Assembly (NCBI GenBank): GCA_051889995.1
Contig: JBJFDL010000003.1
Span: 112,838-176,837 of the forward strand
Source: Christensenellales bacterium
Lineage (GTDB): Bacteria; Bacillota; Clostridia; Christensenellales; UBA1242
Direction: 5' to 3'
DNA: 64,000 nt
The notes beneath the pieces are model-generated. The model worked only from the letters and a program-made list of their open reading frames with translations, was not told the origin of the DNA and made no database searches. Shown one piece after another: positions 1 to 10,703 of the stretch. The position numbers and the translations under genes are program-made. How positions within the stretch are numbered: the first letter of the stretch is position 1; every line of letters begins with the position of its first letter.

Positions 1-1
1 T

Positions 2-400
2 TTTTTAGTTGATGATAAATTTTATCTAGTTGATTTGCCGGGATACGGTTTTCATAAAGCTGGTAAACAAAATGAAAAAAATTGGAGTGAATTAATAGAA
101 GATTATTTTAAAGAAAAAGAAAATCATAAATTAATTCTATTGCTATTAGACATAAGACTTGAACCAAGTGTTGATGATAAGCAAATGTTACAATTTTTAA
201 ATTTCTATTCGCTTCCATTCAAAATTATTGCTACTAAAAGCGATAAAATAGCGAAGAGTAAACGAAATAACCAAAAACTAATGCTTGCAAAAAGTTGTAA
301 TGTTGGATTAGATGACATAATTTATTGTTCTAGTGAAACAAAAGAAAATATTTATAAAATTAAAGAGATGATAGAGGAAAAATATAATGAGATGTCCTAA
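2..400 (+). CDS. engB: Ribosome-biogenesis GTPase EngB/YsxC, C-terminal part (5' end upstream of window)
   Basis: Frame is open from base 2. The translation FLVDDKFYLVDLPGYGF carries the DLPGYG G3 motif and ATKSDK is the (N/T)KxD G4 box. The ORF-track TTG at 35 is internal. Confidence 0.85.
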   Translation, partial: FLVDDKFYLVDLPGYGFHKAGKQNEKNWSELIEDYFKEKENHKLILLLLDIRLEPSVDDKQMLQFLNFYSLPFKIIATKSDKIAKSKRNNQKLMLAKSCNVGLDDIIYCSSETKENIYKIKEMIEEKYNEMS

Positions 401-857
401 ATGTTATGGAAAGCTTGATAAGGAAACGCAAATTTGCACAAAATGTTTTTTTAATGTAAATGCTATAAAAGAACATTCATCAAATCACAAGGCAAAGGAA
501 AATTTTAGAAATGGTGATGGTGACTTGAATTTTTATAGTAAAATTTTACCACATGATTTAAGTAAGAAAAAACTTGCATTATTAAGTGGTTTTTTGGGTA
601 TCTTTGGTGCTCACTACTTTTACATAGGAAGAATGTTCAAAGCAATGTTTAATCTTGTTGTTTCAATATTCTTTTTGATATTTTGTTTTGCAGAAAATTA
701 TGTTCAATTTTCTAACTTTCTAATTAATGTTCAATATGTTTTGGCATTTTTATTTTTAATTGTGTCATTCACATCTTTAACTGATTTTATTAATATTTTG
801 TTTAATAACTTTAAAGTGCCAGTTTATATAGAAGAAACGAAGAAGAATAAAAAATAA
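387..857 (+). CDS. Zinc-ribbon / TM2-domain membrane protein
   Basis: N-terminal CPKC...CTKC zinc-ribbon-like pairs are followed by the TM2-like segment LSGFLGIFGAHYFYIGR and further hydrophobic helices. The ATG overlaps the engB 3' end. Confidence 0.6.
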   Translation: MRCPKCYGKLDKETQICTKCFFNVNAIKEHSSNHKAKENFRNGDGDLNFYSKILPHDLSKKKLALLSGFLGIFGAHYFYIGRMFKAMFNLVVSIFFLIFCFAENYVQFSNFLINVQYVLAFLFLIVSFTSLTDFINILFNNFKVPVYIEETKKNKK

Positions 858-938
858 TTTGCTTTTTGATTAAAAAAAAATATAAGTAATGGTTACGAAA
901 AAACTTGTAAAAAATATTTAAAAAATTAGTAAAATATG

Positions 939-967
939 TTGACAATATTAAAAAAAGGTGTTATATT
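939..967 (+). promoter_or_regulatory. Sigma-A-type promoter of the infC-rpmI-rplT operon
   Basis: TTGACA (939-944), 17-nt spacer, TGtTATATT extended -10 (959-967). Confidence 0.6.
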
Positions 968-974
968 AATAGCG

Positions 975-1092
975 TTAAAAGTAGAAATATCCATTTCTCA
1001 CCAAAAAGGCTTAGCTTAGTTGGTATTAAAATTTTATATTTTTGTTATATAGATTTTAGTGTGGATATTTTATATTCACTTTTTTCTTTTTA
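975..1092 (+). promoter_or_regulatory. L20-leader-like transcription attenuator (terminator/antiterminator) upstream of infC
   Basis: Terminator hairpin GTGGATAT-TTT-ATATTCAC (1061-1079) with T-tract 1080-1091. AAATATCCA at 985-993 is a perfect complement of TGGATATTT at 1062-1070, the 5' arm of the terminator. The position matches the Firmicute L20 leader. Confidence 0.55.
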
Positions 1093-1104
1093 AGGGGGAT
1101 TTTA

Positions 1105-1614
1105 ATTATTAAAGAATTATCAATTAACGAAGAAATCGTTGCTCAAAATGTGAGATTGCTTAGTGAAAGTGCAGAACAACTAGGAATAGTTAGTTTAAAT
1201 GCTGCTCTTGATATGGCAAGAGAAAGAGATTTGGATTTGGTTTTAATTTCACCAAATGCTGAACCACCAGTTTGTAAAATTATGGACTATGGGAAATATC
1301 GTTTTGACTTATTAAAAAAAGAGAAAGAAGCAAGAAAGAAAAATAAAGCACAAGAAATGAAAATTATTCAATTATCTTTAACAATTGGTGACCATGATAT
1401 GAGTTATCGTGTTAAAAATGCTTTAGGCTTCCTTCAAGACGGAAACAAAGTTAAAGTCAGCATTTTATTAAAAGGCAGACAACAAGCATATCCTGAACAA
1501 GGAATTAACATAATGAACAAGTTTGCAAGTTTAGTTGGTGATGGTGCGATGATAGAAAAAGCCCCACAACTTGAAGGAAAATATATAAATATGGTTTTAA
1601 CCGCAAAAAAATAA
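1105..1614 (+). CDS. infC: Translation initiation factor IF-3, non-AUG (ATT) start
   Basis: SD AAGGGGGA at 1092-1099 is followed by in-frame ATT ATT at 1105/1108. The upstream translation IKELSINEEIVAQNVRLL matches the conserved IF-3 N-terminus, which the ORF-track GTG start at 1150 would remove. Confidence 0.9.
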   Translation: MIKELSINEEIVAQNVRLLSESAEQLGIVSLNAALDMARERDLDLVLISPNAEPPVCKIMDYGKYRFDLLKKEKEARKKNKAQEMKIIQLSLTIGDHDMSYRVKNALGFLQDGNKVKVSILLKGRQQAYPEQGINIMNKFASLVGDGAMIEKAPQLEGKYINMVLTAKK

Positions 1615-1626
1615 AGGAGATAAATT

Positions 1627-1827
1627 ATGGCAACAACAAAACAAAAAAGTCATAGTGGAGCTAAAAAACGCTTCAAAGTTTTAAAGAGTGGTATAATTAA
1701 AAGAGGAAAACAAAACCACAGACACATTTTAACTAAAAAGACAACTAAAAGAAAAAGAGATTTAAGAAAACAAACTTATGTTTCTAAAGCACAAGAAAAA
1801 ACTATTAGAAATATGGTTAGTGTTTAA
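1627..1827 (+). CDS. rpmI: 50S ribosomal protein L35
   Basis: 66 aa, very basic, [12 protein letters not shown] motif. Lies between infC and rplT. Confidence 0.95.
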   Translation: MATTKQKSHSGAKKRFKVLKSGIIKRGKQNHRHILTKKTTKRKRDLRKQTYVSKAQEKTIRNMVSV

Positions 1828-1838
1828 GGAGATGAATT

Positions 1839-2189
1839 ATGAGAATTAAAAGAAGTAATAATGCACTAAAAAAGAGAAGAAAAGTTTTAAAAGCTGCTAA
1901 AGGATATTGGGGTAGTCACTCTAAATTATATAGAGTAGCAAAACAAAGTGTTAGAAAGGCTGAAAGCCACGCTTACATTGGAAGAAGAAATAAAAAGAGA
2001 GATTTTAGAACTCTTTGGATTGCAAGAATTAATGCTGCTTGCAGAATGAATGATATTAGTTATTCTAAATTTATGCATGGTTTAAAAGTTAACAACATTA
2101 TGTTAAACAGAAAAGTTCTTTCAGAAATGGCAATTAGCGATATGGAAGCTTTCAAAAAATTAGTAGAAGTTGCTAAAAAGGCTAACTAA
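1839..2189 (+). CDS. rplT: 50S ribosomal protein L20
   Basis: MRIKRSNNALKKRRKVLKAAKGYWG is a typical L20 N-terminus. Operon position also fits. Confidence 0.95.
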   Translation: MRIKRSNNALKKRRKVLKAAKGYWGSHSKLYRVAKQSVRKAESHAYIGRRNKKRDFRTLWIARINAACRMNDISYSKFMHGLKVNNIMLNRKVLSEMAISDMEAFKKLVEVAKKAN

Positions 2190-2206
2190 TTATAATTTAA
2201 TTGAAA

Positions 2207-2237
2207 AGGAATTTCTTGGTGAAATTCTTTTTTTTCT
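2207..2237 (+). terminator. Rho-independent terminator after rplT
   Basis: AGGAATTTC / GAAATTCTT stem (one G-U pair), loop TTGGT, then a T-run. Confidence 0.7.
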
Positions 2238-2403
2238 TTAATAATACAATTCATATTATTAATTTTTTAAGATAAAATATAGCATAATTTTAAAATTTTT
2301 ATTTTTATAATCAAGAAGGCTTTAAAGATATCGTAATTTAGAAAATTTATATTTGTTTAACAGCAATTAGTGAGAATAAAAAAATTATATGATAAAAATA
2401 AGT

Positions 2404-2432
2404 TTTGCAAAATTAAATTGTTGTGATATAAT
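2404..2432 (+). promoter_or_regulatory. Promoter directing a leaderless transcript of the TrmH-family gene
   Basis: TTTGCA, 17 nt, TGaTATAAT (2424-2432). Only 6 nt (AAAATT) separate the -10 from ATG 2439 and there is no SD. Confidence 0.6.
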
Positions 2433-2438
2433 AAAATT

Positions 2439-3182
2439 ATGATTAAAATTGAAAGCGTGAATAACGAAAAAATTAAAGAAATATTAAAATTAAAACAAAA
2501 AAAATATCGTGATGAAAAAGGCTTAATTTTAGTTGAAGGATATAAAATATTTGAAGAAATTGCTAAAGCTGATTTGAATATTAAAAACATAATTTTAACT
2601 AATGAAGTTTTTGAAAAATTAAATCTTAATAAGTTTTTAGATAAAATAATCATTGTTTCAAGCAAAATTGCTGAAAAATTATCTTTTCAAATGTCATCAA
2701 CTAATTTTTTTGTTGTTGTAGAAAAACCTAAAGAGAAATTTTATGGTGGTAACATTGCAATTTTAGATAATATTCAAGACCCTCAAAATTTAGGGGCAAT
2801 TGTGAGAACTAGTGTTGCTACAAATATTAAAGATATCTACACATTAAATTCGGTGGATGAATATAATGACAAAACTATAAGAGCAAGTATGGGTAATATT
2901 TTTAAGGTAAACATTCATCATATTCAAGTTTGCGATTTGAAAGAAATTTGTAAAGATAAAACAGTTTATTCTGCCAATATGAATGGAGAAAATGTTTTTA
3001 AAATAAGTAAGCCTCAAAATGCTTTTGCTATAATTTTGGGAAATGAGGGTAATGGTGTATCAAAAGAAGTTGAAGAATTTGCAAATAAAGTAATAGCAAT
3101 ACCCATGCAAAATGAAGTGGAAAGTTTAAATGTTGCTGTTAGCTTTTCAATAATCGCATATTACTTAACAAACTTCTCATAA
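2439..3182 (+). CDS. TrmH/SpoU-family RNA 2'-O-methyltransferase (YsgA-like)
   Basis: SpoU motifs DNIQDPQNLGAIVRT, LGNEGNGVS and IPM..EVESLNVAV. Same position after rplT as B. subtilis ysgA. Confidence 0.85.
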   Translation: MIKIESVNNEKIKEILKLKQKKYRDEKGLILVEGYKIFEEIAKADLNIKNIILTNEVFEKLNLNKFLDKIIIVSSKIAEKLSFQMSSTNFFVVVEKPKEKFYGGNIAILDNIQDPQNLGAIVRTSVATNIKDIYTLNSVDEYNDKTIRASMGNIFKVNIHHIQVCDLKEICKDKTVYSANMNGENVFKISKPQNAFAIILGNEGNGVSKEVEEFANKVIAIPMQNEVESLNVAVSFSIIAYYLTNFS

Positions 3183-3198
3183 TTTTTTATTAAAAGTT

Positions 3199-3227
3199 TT
3201 GACAAATAATAGTATAGATATTATAAT
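3199..3227 (+). promoter_or_regulatory. Sigma-A-type promoter of yebC
   Basis: TTGACA (3199-3204), 17 nt, TATAAT (3222-3227). The ORF-track TTG start at 3199 is the -35 box itself. Confidence 0.65.
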
Positions 3228-3252
3228 TAAAAATACGAAAGGGAGAAAAATA

Positions 3253-3975
3253 ATGAGTGGACATAGTAAATTTAATAATATAAAACATACAAAAGAAAAG
3301 ATGGATGCCCAAAGAGGTAAAATTTTTACAAAACTAGGAAAAGAAATTGCAGTTGCAGTTAAAATGGGTGGCAGTGACCCAAATTCAAATCCTAAATTAT
3401 ATAATATCATTAGCAAGGCGAGAAGTAATAATATGCCTAATGACAACATTCAAAGAAGCATAAAAAAAGCAGCTGGTGAACTAGGTGGTGGAAACTATGA
3501 AGAAATCACTTATGAAGGCTATGGAGTTGGCGGTAGTGCTGTTATTGTTAATGTTCTAACCGATAATAAAAATCGTGCTGCAGGTGATATTCGTCATATT
3601 TTTGATAAATGTGGTGGCAGTTTAGGTTCAACTGGTTGTGTTAGTTATTTGTTCGAGAGAAAAGGTGTGTTTGTTATTGAAAAAGACGATAAATTAACAG
3701 AAGACCAACTTTTTGAATGGGCAATTGAAGGTGAGGCAGATGATGTTGTGGATGATGGAGATGTTTTTGAAGTTTATTCACAAACAGATAAATTTAACAA
3801 TGTTAAGGATGTTTTAGAAAGCAAGGGAATTAAATTCTTAAGTGCAGATGTTGCATTTGTTCCATCAAGTTACATTGACCTTGATGAAAAACAACAAGCA
3901 AGTTTTGAAAAAATGATAGATTTATTAGAAAGCAACGATGATGTTCAAGATGTCTATCATAACGTAAATCTTTAA
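3253..3975 (+). CDS. yebC: YebC/PmpR-family DNA-binding regulator
   Basis: MSGHSKFNNIKH..K..D..RGK.FTKL is the family N-terminus. SD AAAGGGAG precedes ATG 3253. Confidence 0.9.
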   Translation: MSGHSKFNNIKHTKEKMDAQRGKIFTKLGKEIAVAVKMGGSDPNSNPKLYNIISKARSNNMPNDNIQRSIKKAAGELGGGNYEEITYEGYGVGGSAVIVNVLTDNKNRAAGDIRHIFDKCGGSLGSTGCVSYLFERKGVFVIEKDDKLTEDQLFEWAIEGEADDVVDDGDVFEVYSQTDKFNNVKDVLESKGIKFLSADVAFVPSSYIDLDEKQQASFEKMIDLLESNDDVQDVYHNVNL

Positions 3976-4029
3976 TATGTATGTATTGAATTTTTAGGGT
4001 AAATTTAAATTAGTTGTTGATTGAAAATG

Positions 4030-4056
4030 GTAGAATTAAAAGTTCTACTTTTTTTA
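4030..4056 (+). terminator. Rho-independent terminator after yebC
   Basis: GTAGAA / TTCTAC stem followed by T7. Confidence 0.65.
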
Positions 4057-4073
4057 TATATTTTTCAATATAA

Positions 4074-4102
4074 TTGACAAAAATAATTTTATTTAATATA
4101 AT
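4074..4102 (+). promoter_or_regulatory. Consensus promoter directing a leaderless ruvC transcript
   Basis: TTGACA (4074-4079), 17 nt, TATAAT (4097-4102), then 6 nt (TTTACT) and ATG 4109. No SD. Confidence 0.7.
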
Positions 4103-4108
4103 TTTACT

Positions 4109-4600
4109 ATGGTTATTCTTGGTATAGACCCAGGCTATGCAATTATAGGCTATGGCGTTATTGAAAAAATTGGCAATCAAGTTAATTGTCTAGATTATGG
4201 TGTAATAACAACAGATAAAGATATGAATTTTCCTGATAGACTTGTAAAAATAGCAGATGGTATAGATTATCTAATAGAAAAGTATAATCCTGAAAGTTTA
4301 GCAATTGAAGAGTTATTTTTTCAAAATAATGCCAAAACAGCAATTGATGTTGCACAAGCAAGAGGAGTAATTGTTGTCAGAGCAAAGAAAAAGATAGGTA
4401 AATTGTTTGAATATACACCATTACAAATCAAACAAGCTTTAACAGGACAAGGCCGTGCCGATAAAAAACAAGTTCAATATATGGTAAAGGCCATTCTTAA
4501 TTTAAAAGATATTCCAAAGCCAGATGATGCAGCAGATGCATTAGCAGTTGCAATATGTCATAGTCAAACAAATCAAACGTTAGGAAATTTTAGATATTAG
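4109..4600 (+). CDS. ruvC: Holliday junction resolvase RuvC
   Basis: ILGIDPGY, IEELFF and DAADALAVAICH catalytic/acidic motifs. Confidence 0.95.
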   Translation: MVILGIDPGYAIIGYGVIEKIGNQVNCLDYGVITTDKDMNFPDRLVKIADGIDYLIEKYNPESLAIEELFFQNNAKTAIDVAQARGVIVVRAKKKIGKLFEYTPLQIKQALTGQGRADKKQVQYMVKAILNLKDIPKPDDAADALAVAICHSQTNQTLGNFRY

Positions 4601-4608
4601 AGGGAAAA

Positions 4609-5211
4609 ATGATTGCATATTTAAAGGGAAGAATTTTACAAAAAAGTGAAAATTTAATAATATTAGAAGTTAATAATGTTGGTTATGAAGTTAATATATC
4701 TCAAACAACATATTTGTCTATATGTAACAAAACCGAATGTGAATTGTTCACATATCTGCAAGTTAAAGAAGATGGAATTGCATTATTTGGATTTTCAACT
4801 ATGCAAGAAAAAGAATTATTCCTAAAATTAATTACCGTTAGTGGTGTTGGACCTAAAATGGCAATAACAATTTTAGGTGGGGCAAGTTTAAGTGACCTCG
4901 TAACTGCAATTATAAGCGAAGATACCAAAATGCTTTCTCGTTTTAAGGGACTTGGTAAGAAAACTGCAGAAAGGATAGTGCTTGAACTTAAAGAAAAATT
5001 AAGTGAAAATATTGGCACATTTGAAAGTGTTGATATCAATGAATACAGTGCCCTTGATTTAAAAAATAGTGTTATTAATGATACTATTTTAGCACTTGTT
5101 ACTCTAGGATTAACAAAAACTGATGCAGTAAAATTAATTAAGGCGAACATTAATGACGGCGATACTGTAGAAATTTTATTAGAAAAAATACTAAAAAATA
5201 TGAGTAGGTAG
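4609..5211 (+). CDS. ruvA: Holliday junction branch migration protein RuvA
   Basis: MIAYLKG.., VGYEV, and HhH motifs GVGPKMA and [10 protein letters not shown]. Confidence 0.95.
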   Translation: MIAYLKGRILQKSENLIILEVNNVGYEVNISQTTYLSICNKTECELFTYLQVKEDGIALFGFSTMQEKELFLKLITVSGVGPKMAITILGGASLSDLVTAIISEDTKMLSRFKGLGKKTAERIVLELKEKLSENIGTFESVDINEYSALDLKNSVINDTILALVTLGLTKTDAVKLIKANINDGDTVEILLEKILKNMSR

Positions 5212-5212
5212 T

Positions 5213-6250
5213 ATGGAAGAAAGATTTATAACAAGCACAAAAAATGAGAGTGAACTTGAAGTTGAAAACAAACTTCGTCCTAACAGACTTGAAGATTATG
5301 TTGGTCAAGAAAAAATAAAGGCCAATTTAAGAGTTTTTATTGAAGCAGCAAAAACAAGAGGGGAAGCATTAGACCACGTTTTGCTTTATGGACCACCAGG
5401 ACTTGGGAAAACAACTTTAAGTCATATTATTGCTAATGAATTAGGTAGTCAAATTAAAATAACAAGTGGACCAGCAATTGAAAGTGCTGCAGATTTAGCA
5501 TCAATTTTAACAAATTTAAGCAAAAATGATGTTTTATTTATTGATGAAATACACAGATTAAATCGTAGTGTAGAAGAAATTTTATATCCTGCGATGGAAG
5601 ATTATGCGCTAGATTTTGTTGTTGGAAAAGGACCATCAGCGAGAGCAATGAGGCTAAAAATTCAACCTTTCACGCTTATTGGTGCAACAACAAAGGCTGG
5701 AAACCTAACTGCGCCACTTCGTGACAGATTTGGCGTAATTTCAAGGTTAGAAATGTATTCTAGTGATGAATTGAATAAAATTATAAACAGAAGTGCCAGC
5801 ATTTTAGGAGTTAATATAACAAGTGAAGCAAGTTTAGAAATTGCAAAAAGAAGTAGGGGAACTCCTAGAATTGCGAACAGACTTTTAAAAAGAATAAGAG
5901 ATTTTGCTTTAGTTCACGGAAATGGTGAAATAACTTTAGAAATTGCAAAAAATAGTCTTAACCTTTTGGAAGTTGATGAATATGGACTAGATTACACTGA
6001 TAGAAGAATTCTTGAAGTTATGATTGATAAATTTAACGGTGGACCAGTTGGATTAGACACGCTTTCTGCATCGACAAACGAAGAAGCAACAACAATTGAA
6101 GATGTTTACGAACCATATTTATTGCAAATTGGTTTTATTGCAAGAACTCCAAGGGGAAGAATTTGTTTGCCACTTGCTTACGAACACTTAAATAAAAAGA
6201 TAAGCGAAGAGAAAAAAATAGAATTAAACAATATAAAAAAAGAAGATTAA
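5213..6250 (+). CDS. ruvB: Holliday junction DNA helicase RuvB
   Basis: LRP..L.DYVGQ, Walker [10 protein letters not shown], Walker B FIDEIHR, and the [11 protein letters not shown] sensor. Confidence 0.97.
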   Translation: MEERFITSTKNESELEVENKLRPNRLEDYVGQEKIKANLRVFIEAAKTRGEALDHVLLYGPPGLGKTTLSHIIANELGSQIKITSGPAIESAADLASILTNLSKNDVLFIDEIHRLNRSVEEILYPAMEDYALDFVVGKGPSARAMRLKIQPFTLIGATTKAGNLTAPLRDRFGVISRLEMYSSDELNKIINRSASILGVNITSEASLEIAKRSRGTPRIANRLLKRIRDFALVHGNGEITLEIAKNSLNLLEVDEYGLDYTDRRILEVMIDKFNGGPVGLDTLSASTNEEATTIEDVYEPYLLQIGFIARTPRGRICLPLAYEHLNKKISEEKKIELNNIKKED

Positions 6251-6252
6251 AT

Positions 6253-7302
6253 ATGGAAGAAAAAGATATTTTTAAAAGGCAAACCTATCATTATGATTTG
6301 CCTGAAGAGTTAATTGCCCAAGTGCCAATTGAACCCAGAGATTCAAGTAGAATGTTAGTCTATAACAGAGCAGATAAAACAATCACTCATAAACACTTTT
6401 ATGATATAATTGATTATTTAAAAAGTGGGGATGTTTTAGTTGTAAACAACACTAGAGTTATCCCTGCAAGATTGTTTGGGATAAAAGAAGATACTGGTGC
6501 TAAAATTGAAGTGTTTTTATTGCGTAAACTAGAACAAAATAAATATGAAGTATTATTAAAACCTGCCAAAAAAGCAAAATTAAACACTATTATCAAGTTG
6601 AGTGATAGCCTTTTGTGTAAAGTCATTGATAAGGGCGAAATGGGTATGGGAAAGGTTGAATTTATTTGTGAAAATGTAGTCGAAGAAGAATTAGCAAAAA
6701 TTGGTTCTATGCCATTACCACCATACATTCACGAAAAATTAAAAGATAAAGAAAGATATCAAACTGTATATTCCAAAATTGAAGGCTCATCTGCTGCACC
6801 AACAGCAGGATTGCATTTTACGAAAGAATTAATGCAAAAACTAATTGATAAAGGTGTTATAATTGTTAATGTATTATTGCACGTAGGACTCGGAACATTT
6901 AGGCCAGTTAGTGAAGATAATATTTTGGCTCACGAAATGCATAGCGAATATTATGAAATAACGCAAGACAGTGCAGACACAATTAATCAAGCAATTAAAG
7001 AAAATAGAAGGATTTTTGCTGTTGGAACGACCAGTGTTAGAACTCTTGAAAGTTCAACGCAAAAAGTTGGTGATAAATATTTTGTTAAGGCTGGAAAAGG
7101 AGATACTAATATCTTTATTTATCCTGGTTATCAATTCAAGATAGTTAAAGGATTAATAACCAATTTTCATCTACCTGAAAGCACTTTAATAATGCTTGTG
7201 TCAGCGTTTTGTGGACTAGATGAAACATTAAATTTTTATAATGCGGCTGTTCAAGAAAAATATAGATTTTTTAGTTTTGGTGATGCTTGCTTATTGCTAT
7301 AA
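6253..7302 (+). CDS. queA: S-adenosylmethionine:tRNA ribosyltransferase-isomerase
   Basis: YDLPEELIAQ.P, PLPPYI, APTAGLHFT and VGTTSVRTLES motifs. Confidence 0.95.
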   Translation: MEEKDIFKRQTYHYDLPEELIAQVPIEPRDSSRMLVYNRADKTITHKHFYDIIDYLKSGDVLVVNNTRVIPARLFGIKEDTGAKIEVFLLRKLEQNKYEVLLKPAKKAKLNTIIKLSDSLLCKVIDKGEMGMGKVEFICENVVEEELAKIGSMPLPPYIHEKLKDKERYQTVYSKIEGSSAAPTAGLHFTKELMQKLIDKGVIIVNVLLHVGLGTFRPVSEDNILAHEMHSEYYEITQDSADTINQAIKENRRIFAVGTTSVRTLESSTQKVGDKYFVKAGKGDTNIFIYPGYQFKIVKGLITNFHLPESTLIMLVSAFCGLDETLNFYNAAVQEKYRFFSFGDACLLL

Positions 7303-7310
7303 CTTAACTA

Positions 7311-7339
7311 TTGACAAAATATTATAATTAAAGTAAAAT
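7311..7339 (+). promoter_or_regulatory. Sigma-A-type promoter of LRR gene A
   Basis: TTGACA (7311-7316), 17 nt, TAAAAT (7334-7339). SD AAAGAGGA precedes ATG 7358. Confidence 0.55.
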
Positions 7340-7357
7340 TTACTAAAGAGGAATTAT

Positions 7358-9549
<2,192 letters not shown>

Positions 9550-9601
9550 TTTGTTTTTATTAATTTATTTTGATATAATGTGATTATTAAAGGAGAAGAT
9601 T

Positions 9602-10048
9602 ATGTTTAATATTTTAGCAAGTGAAAATTCAGGTAACTTAACTTTATTAATTATTCTTTTGGTGGCTTGTGCATTAATGTTTGTTTTAAGTTTTTTCAAA
9701 AACAAAAAATATGTTGAAAAACAAAAAGCATTGCAAGATGAACTACAAATTGGTTCAAAAGTTTTAACTAAAACTTTCATTTATGGAACTGTTGAAAAAA
9801 TAACAGACACTACTGATGGCAAAGTTTTATTAATTAAAACTGGCGATGATGACAAATGTGGCTATATTGAAATGAACATTGAAGGCATCTATTCAGTAGA
9901 CACTAAAGAAGAAGTTTTTGACATTGAAGAATTAAATCAAGAATCATCAGAAGCAGAAGAAATAGTAGAAGTTAAAGAAGAAAAAATTGAAGAACCTGTT
10001 AAGGAAGAAAAACCAAAAAAAACAAGAACAAAAAAAGTTAGTGAATAA
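9602..10048 (+). CDS. yajC: Preprotein translocase subunit YajC with acidic/Lys-rich C-terminal extension
   Basis: Single N-terminal TM helix, LQIGSKVLTKTFIYGTVEKI YajC core, then a low-complexity E/K tail. Follows tgt as in other Firmicutes. Confidence 0.8.
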   Translation: MFNILASENSGNLTLLIILLVACALMFVLSFFKNKKYVEKQKALQDELQIGSKVLTKTFIYGTVEKITDTTDGKVLLIKTGDDDKCGYIEMNIEGIYSVDTKEEVFDIEELNQESSEAEEIVEVKEEKIEEPVKEEKPKKTRTKKVSE

Positions 10049-10050
10049 TA

Positions 10051-10082
10051 AAACACACCGTAATGGTGTGTTTAATTTTTTT
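10051..10082 (+). terminator. Rho-independent terminator after yajC
   Basis: AAACACACC / GGTGTGTTT stem, loop GTAAT, T-run. Confidence 0.8.
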
Positions 10083-10129
10083 GTAATAAATTACTTTTAT
10101 TTCTCATACAATTTTGTAAGAGGTTATTT

Positions 10130-10528
10130 ATGAGAGTTAAAAGTTATTCATTAAAAACAAATAAATCAGGATTACAAGTGATTAAAGGCGCAATTGGTGC
10201 ATTAGTTATTAGTTTAATAGCCATTCTTATTTTTGCTTTTATTATTAAATTTACAGGACTTGCAGATAGTTTTATAAAGCCGATTAATCAAGTTATAAAA
10301 ATCGTCAGTATTTTTTTTGGTAATGTTGTTATGCTGAAAAAAGTTGATGAAAAGAAGATAGGGAATGGAATTTTAGTAGGAATACTTTACACAATTATTG
10401 CATTTTTATTATTTAGTTTGTTAAATGGTTCTTTTGACTTTAATTTAACGCTTTTGATTGATATTTTATTTGGTGGGTTAATTGGACTAATTTCGACAGT
10501 AATTTGTAACATTTTCAGTAAGAGATAG
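10130..10528 (+). CDS. Small integral membrane protein (about 4 TM helices), function unknown
   Basis: Alternating hydrophobic helices with Gly-rich segments. SD TAAGAGG. No family recognised with confidence. Confidence 0.6.
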   Translation: MRVKSYSLKTNKSGLQVIKGAIGALVISLIAILIFAFIIKFTGLADSFIKPINQVIKIVSIFFGNVVMLKKVDEKKIGNGILVGILYTIIAFLLFSLLNGSFDFNLTLLIDILFGGLIGLISTVICNIFSKR

Positions 10529-10568
10529 TTTTGTCAGATTAAATTATCACTCAATTGATAATAATAAT

Positions 10569-10597
10569 AGGTAAATTGATTTATTTACCTATTTTTT
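10569..10597 (+). terminator. Rho-independent terminator
   Basis: AGGTAAAT / ATTTACCT stem followed by a T-run. Confidence 0.75.
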
Positions 10598-10703
10598 ATT
10601 GCGAAAATTATTGTTGCAAAAAAATTATTCTTTTTAAATAATTAGTTGACTAAAAAAAAATAATTTTATATAATATAAAAGTTATAAGGAGTTTTATACT
10701 AAA

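Noticed and set aside
1058-1070. DnaA-box-like TGTGGATAT in the infC leader.
   Set aside because: It is a single imperfect box (8 of 9 positions), and it forms the 5' arm of the leader terminator. Nothing else suggests an origin.
3199-3252. N-terminal extensions proposed by the ORF track for yebC (3199), priA (29162), fmt (32453), ffh (37255), rpe (43464), ftsQ (50919), rimM (39416), rpsU (20526) and the small Cys-rich gene (47077).
   Set aside because: In each case the extension starts at a TTG/GTG or ATG that overlaps a promoter box, an SD or the upstream gene. A downstream ATG (TTG for rpsU) with proper SD spacing reproduces the conserved family N-terminus.
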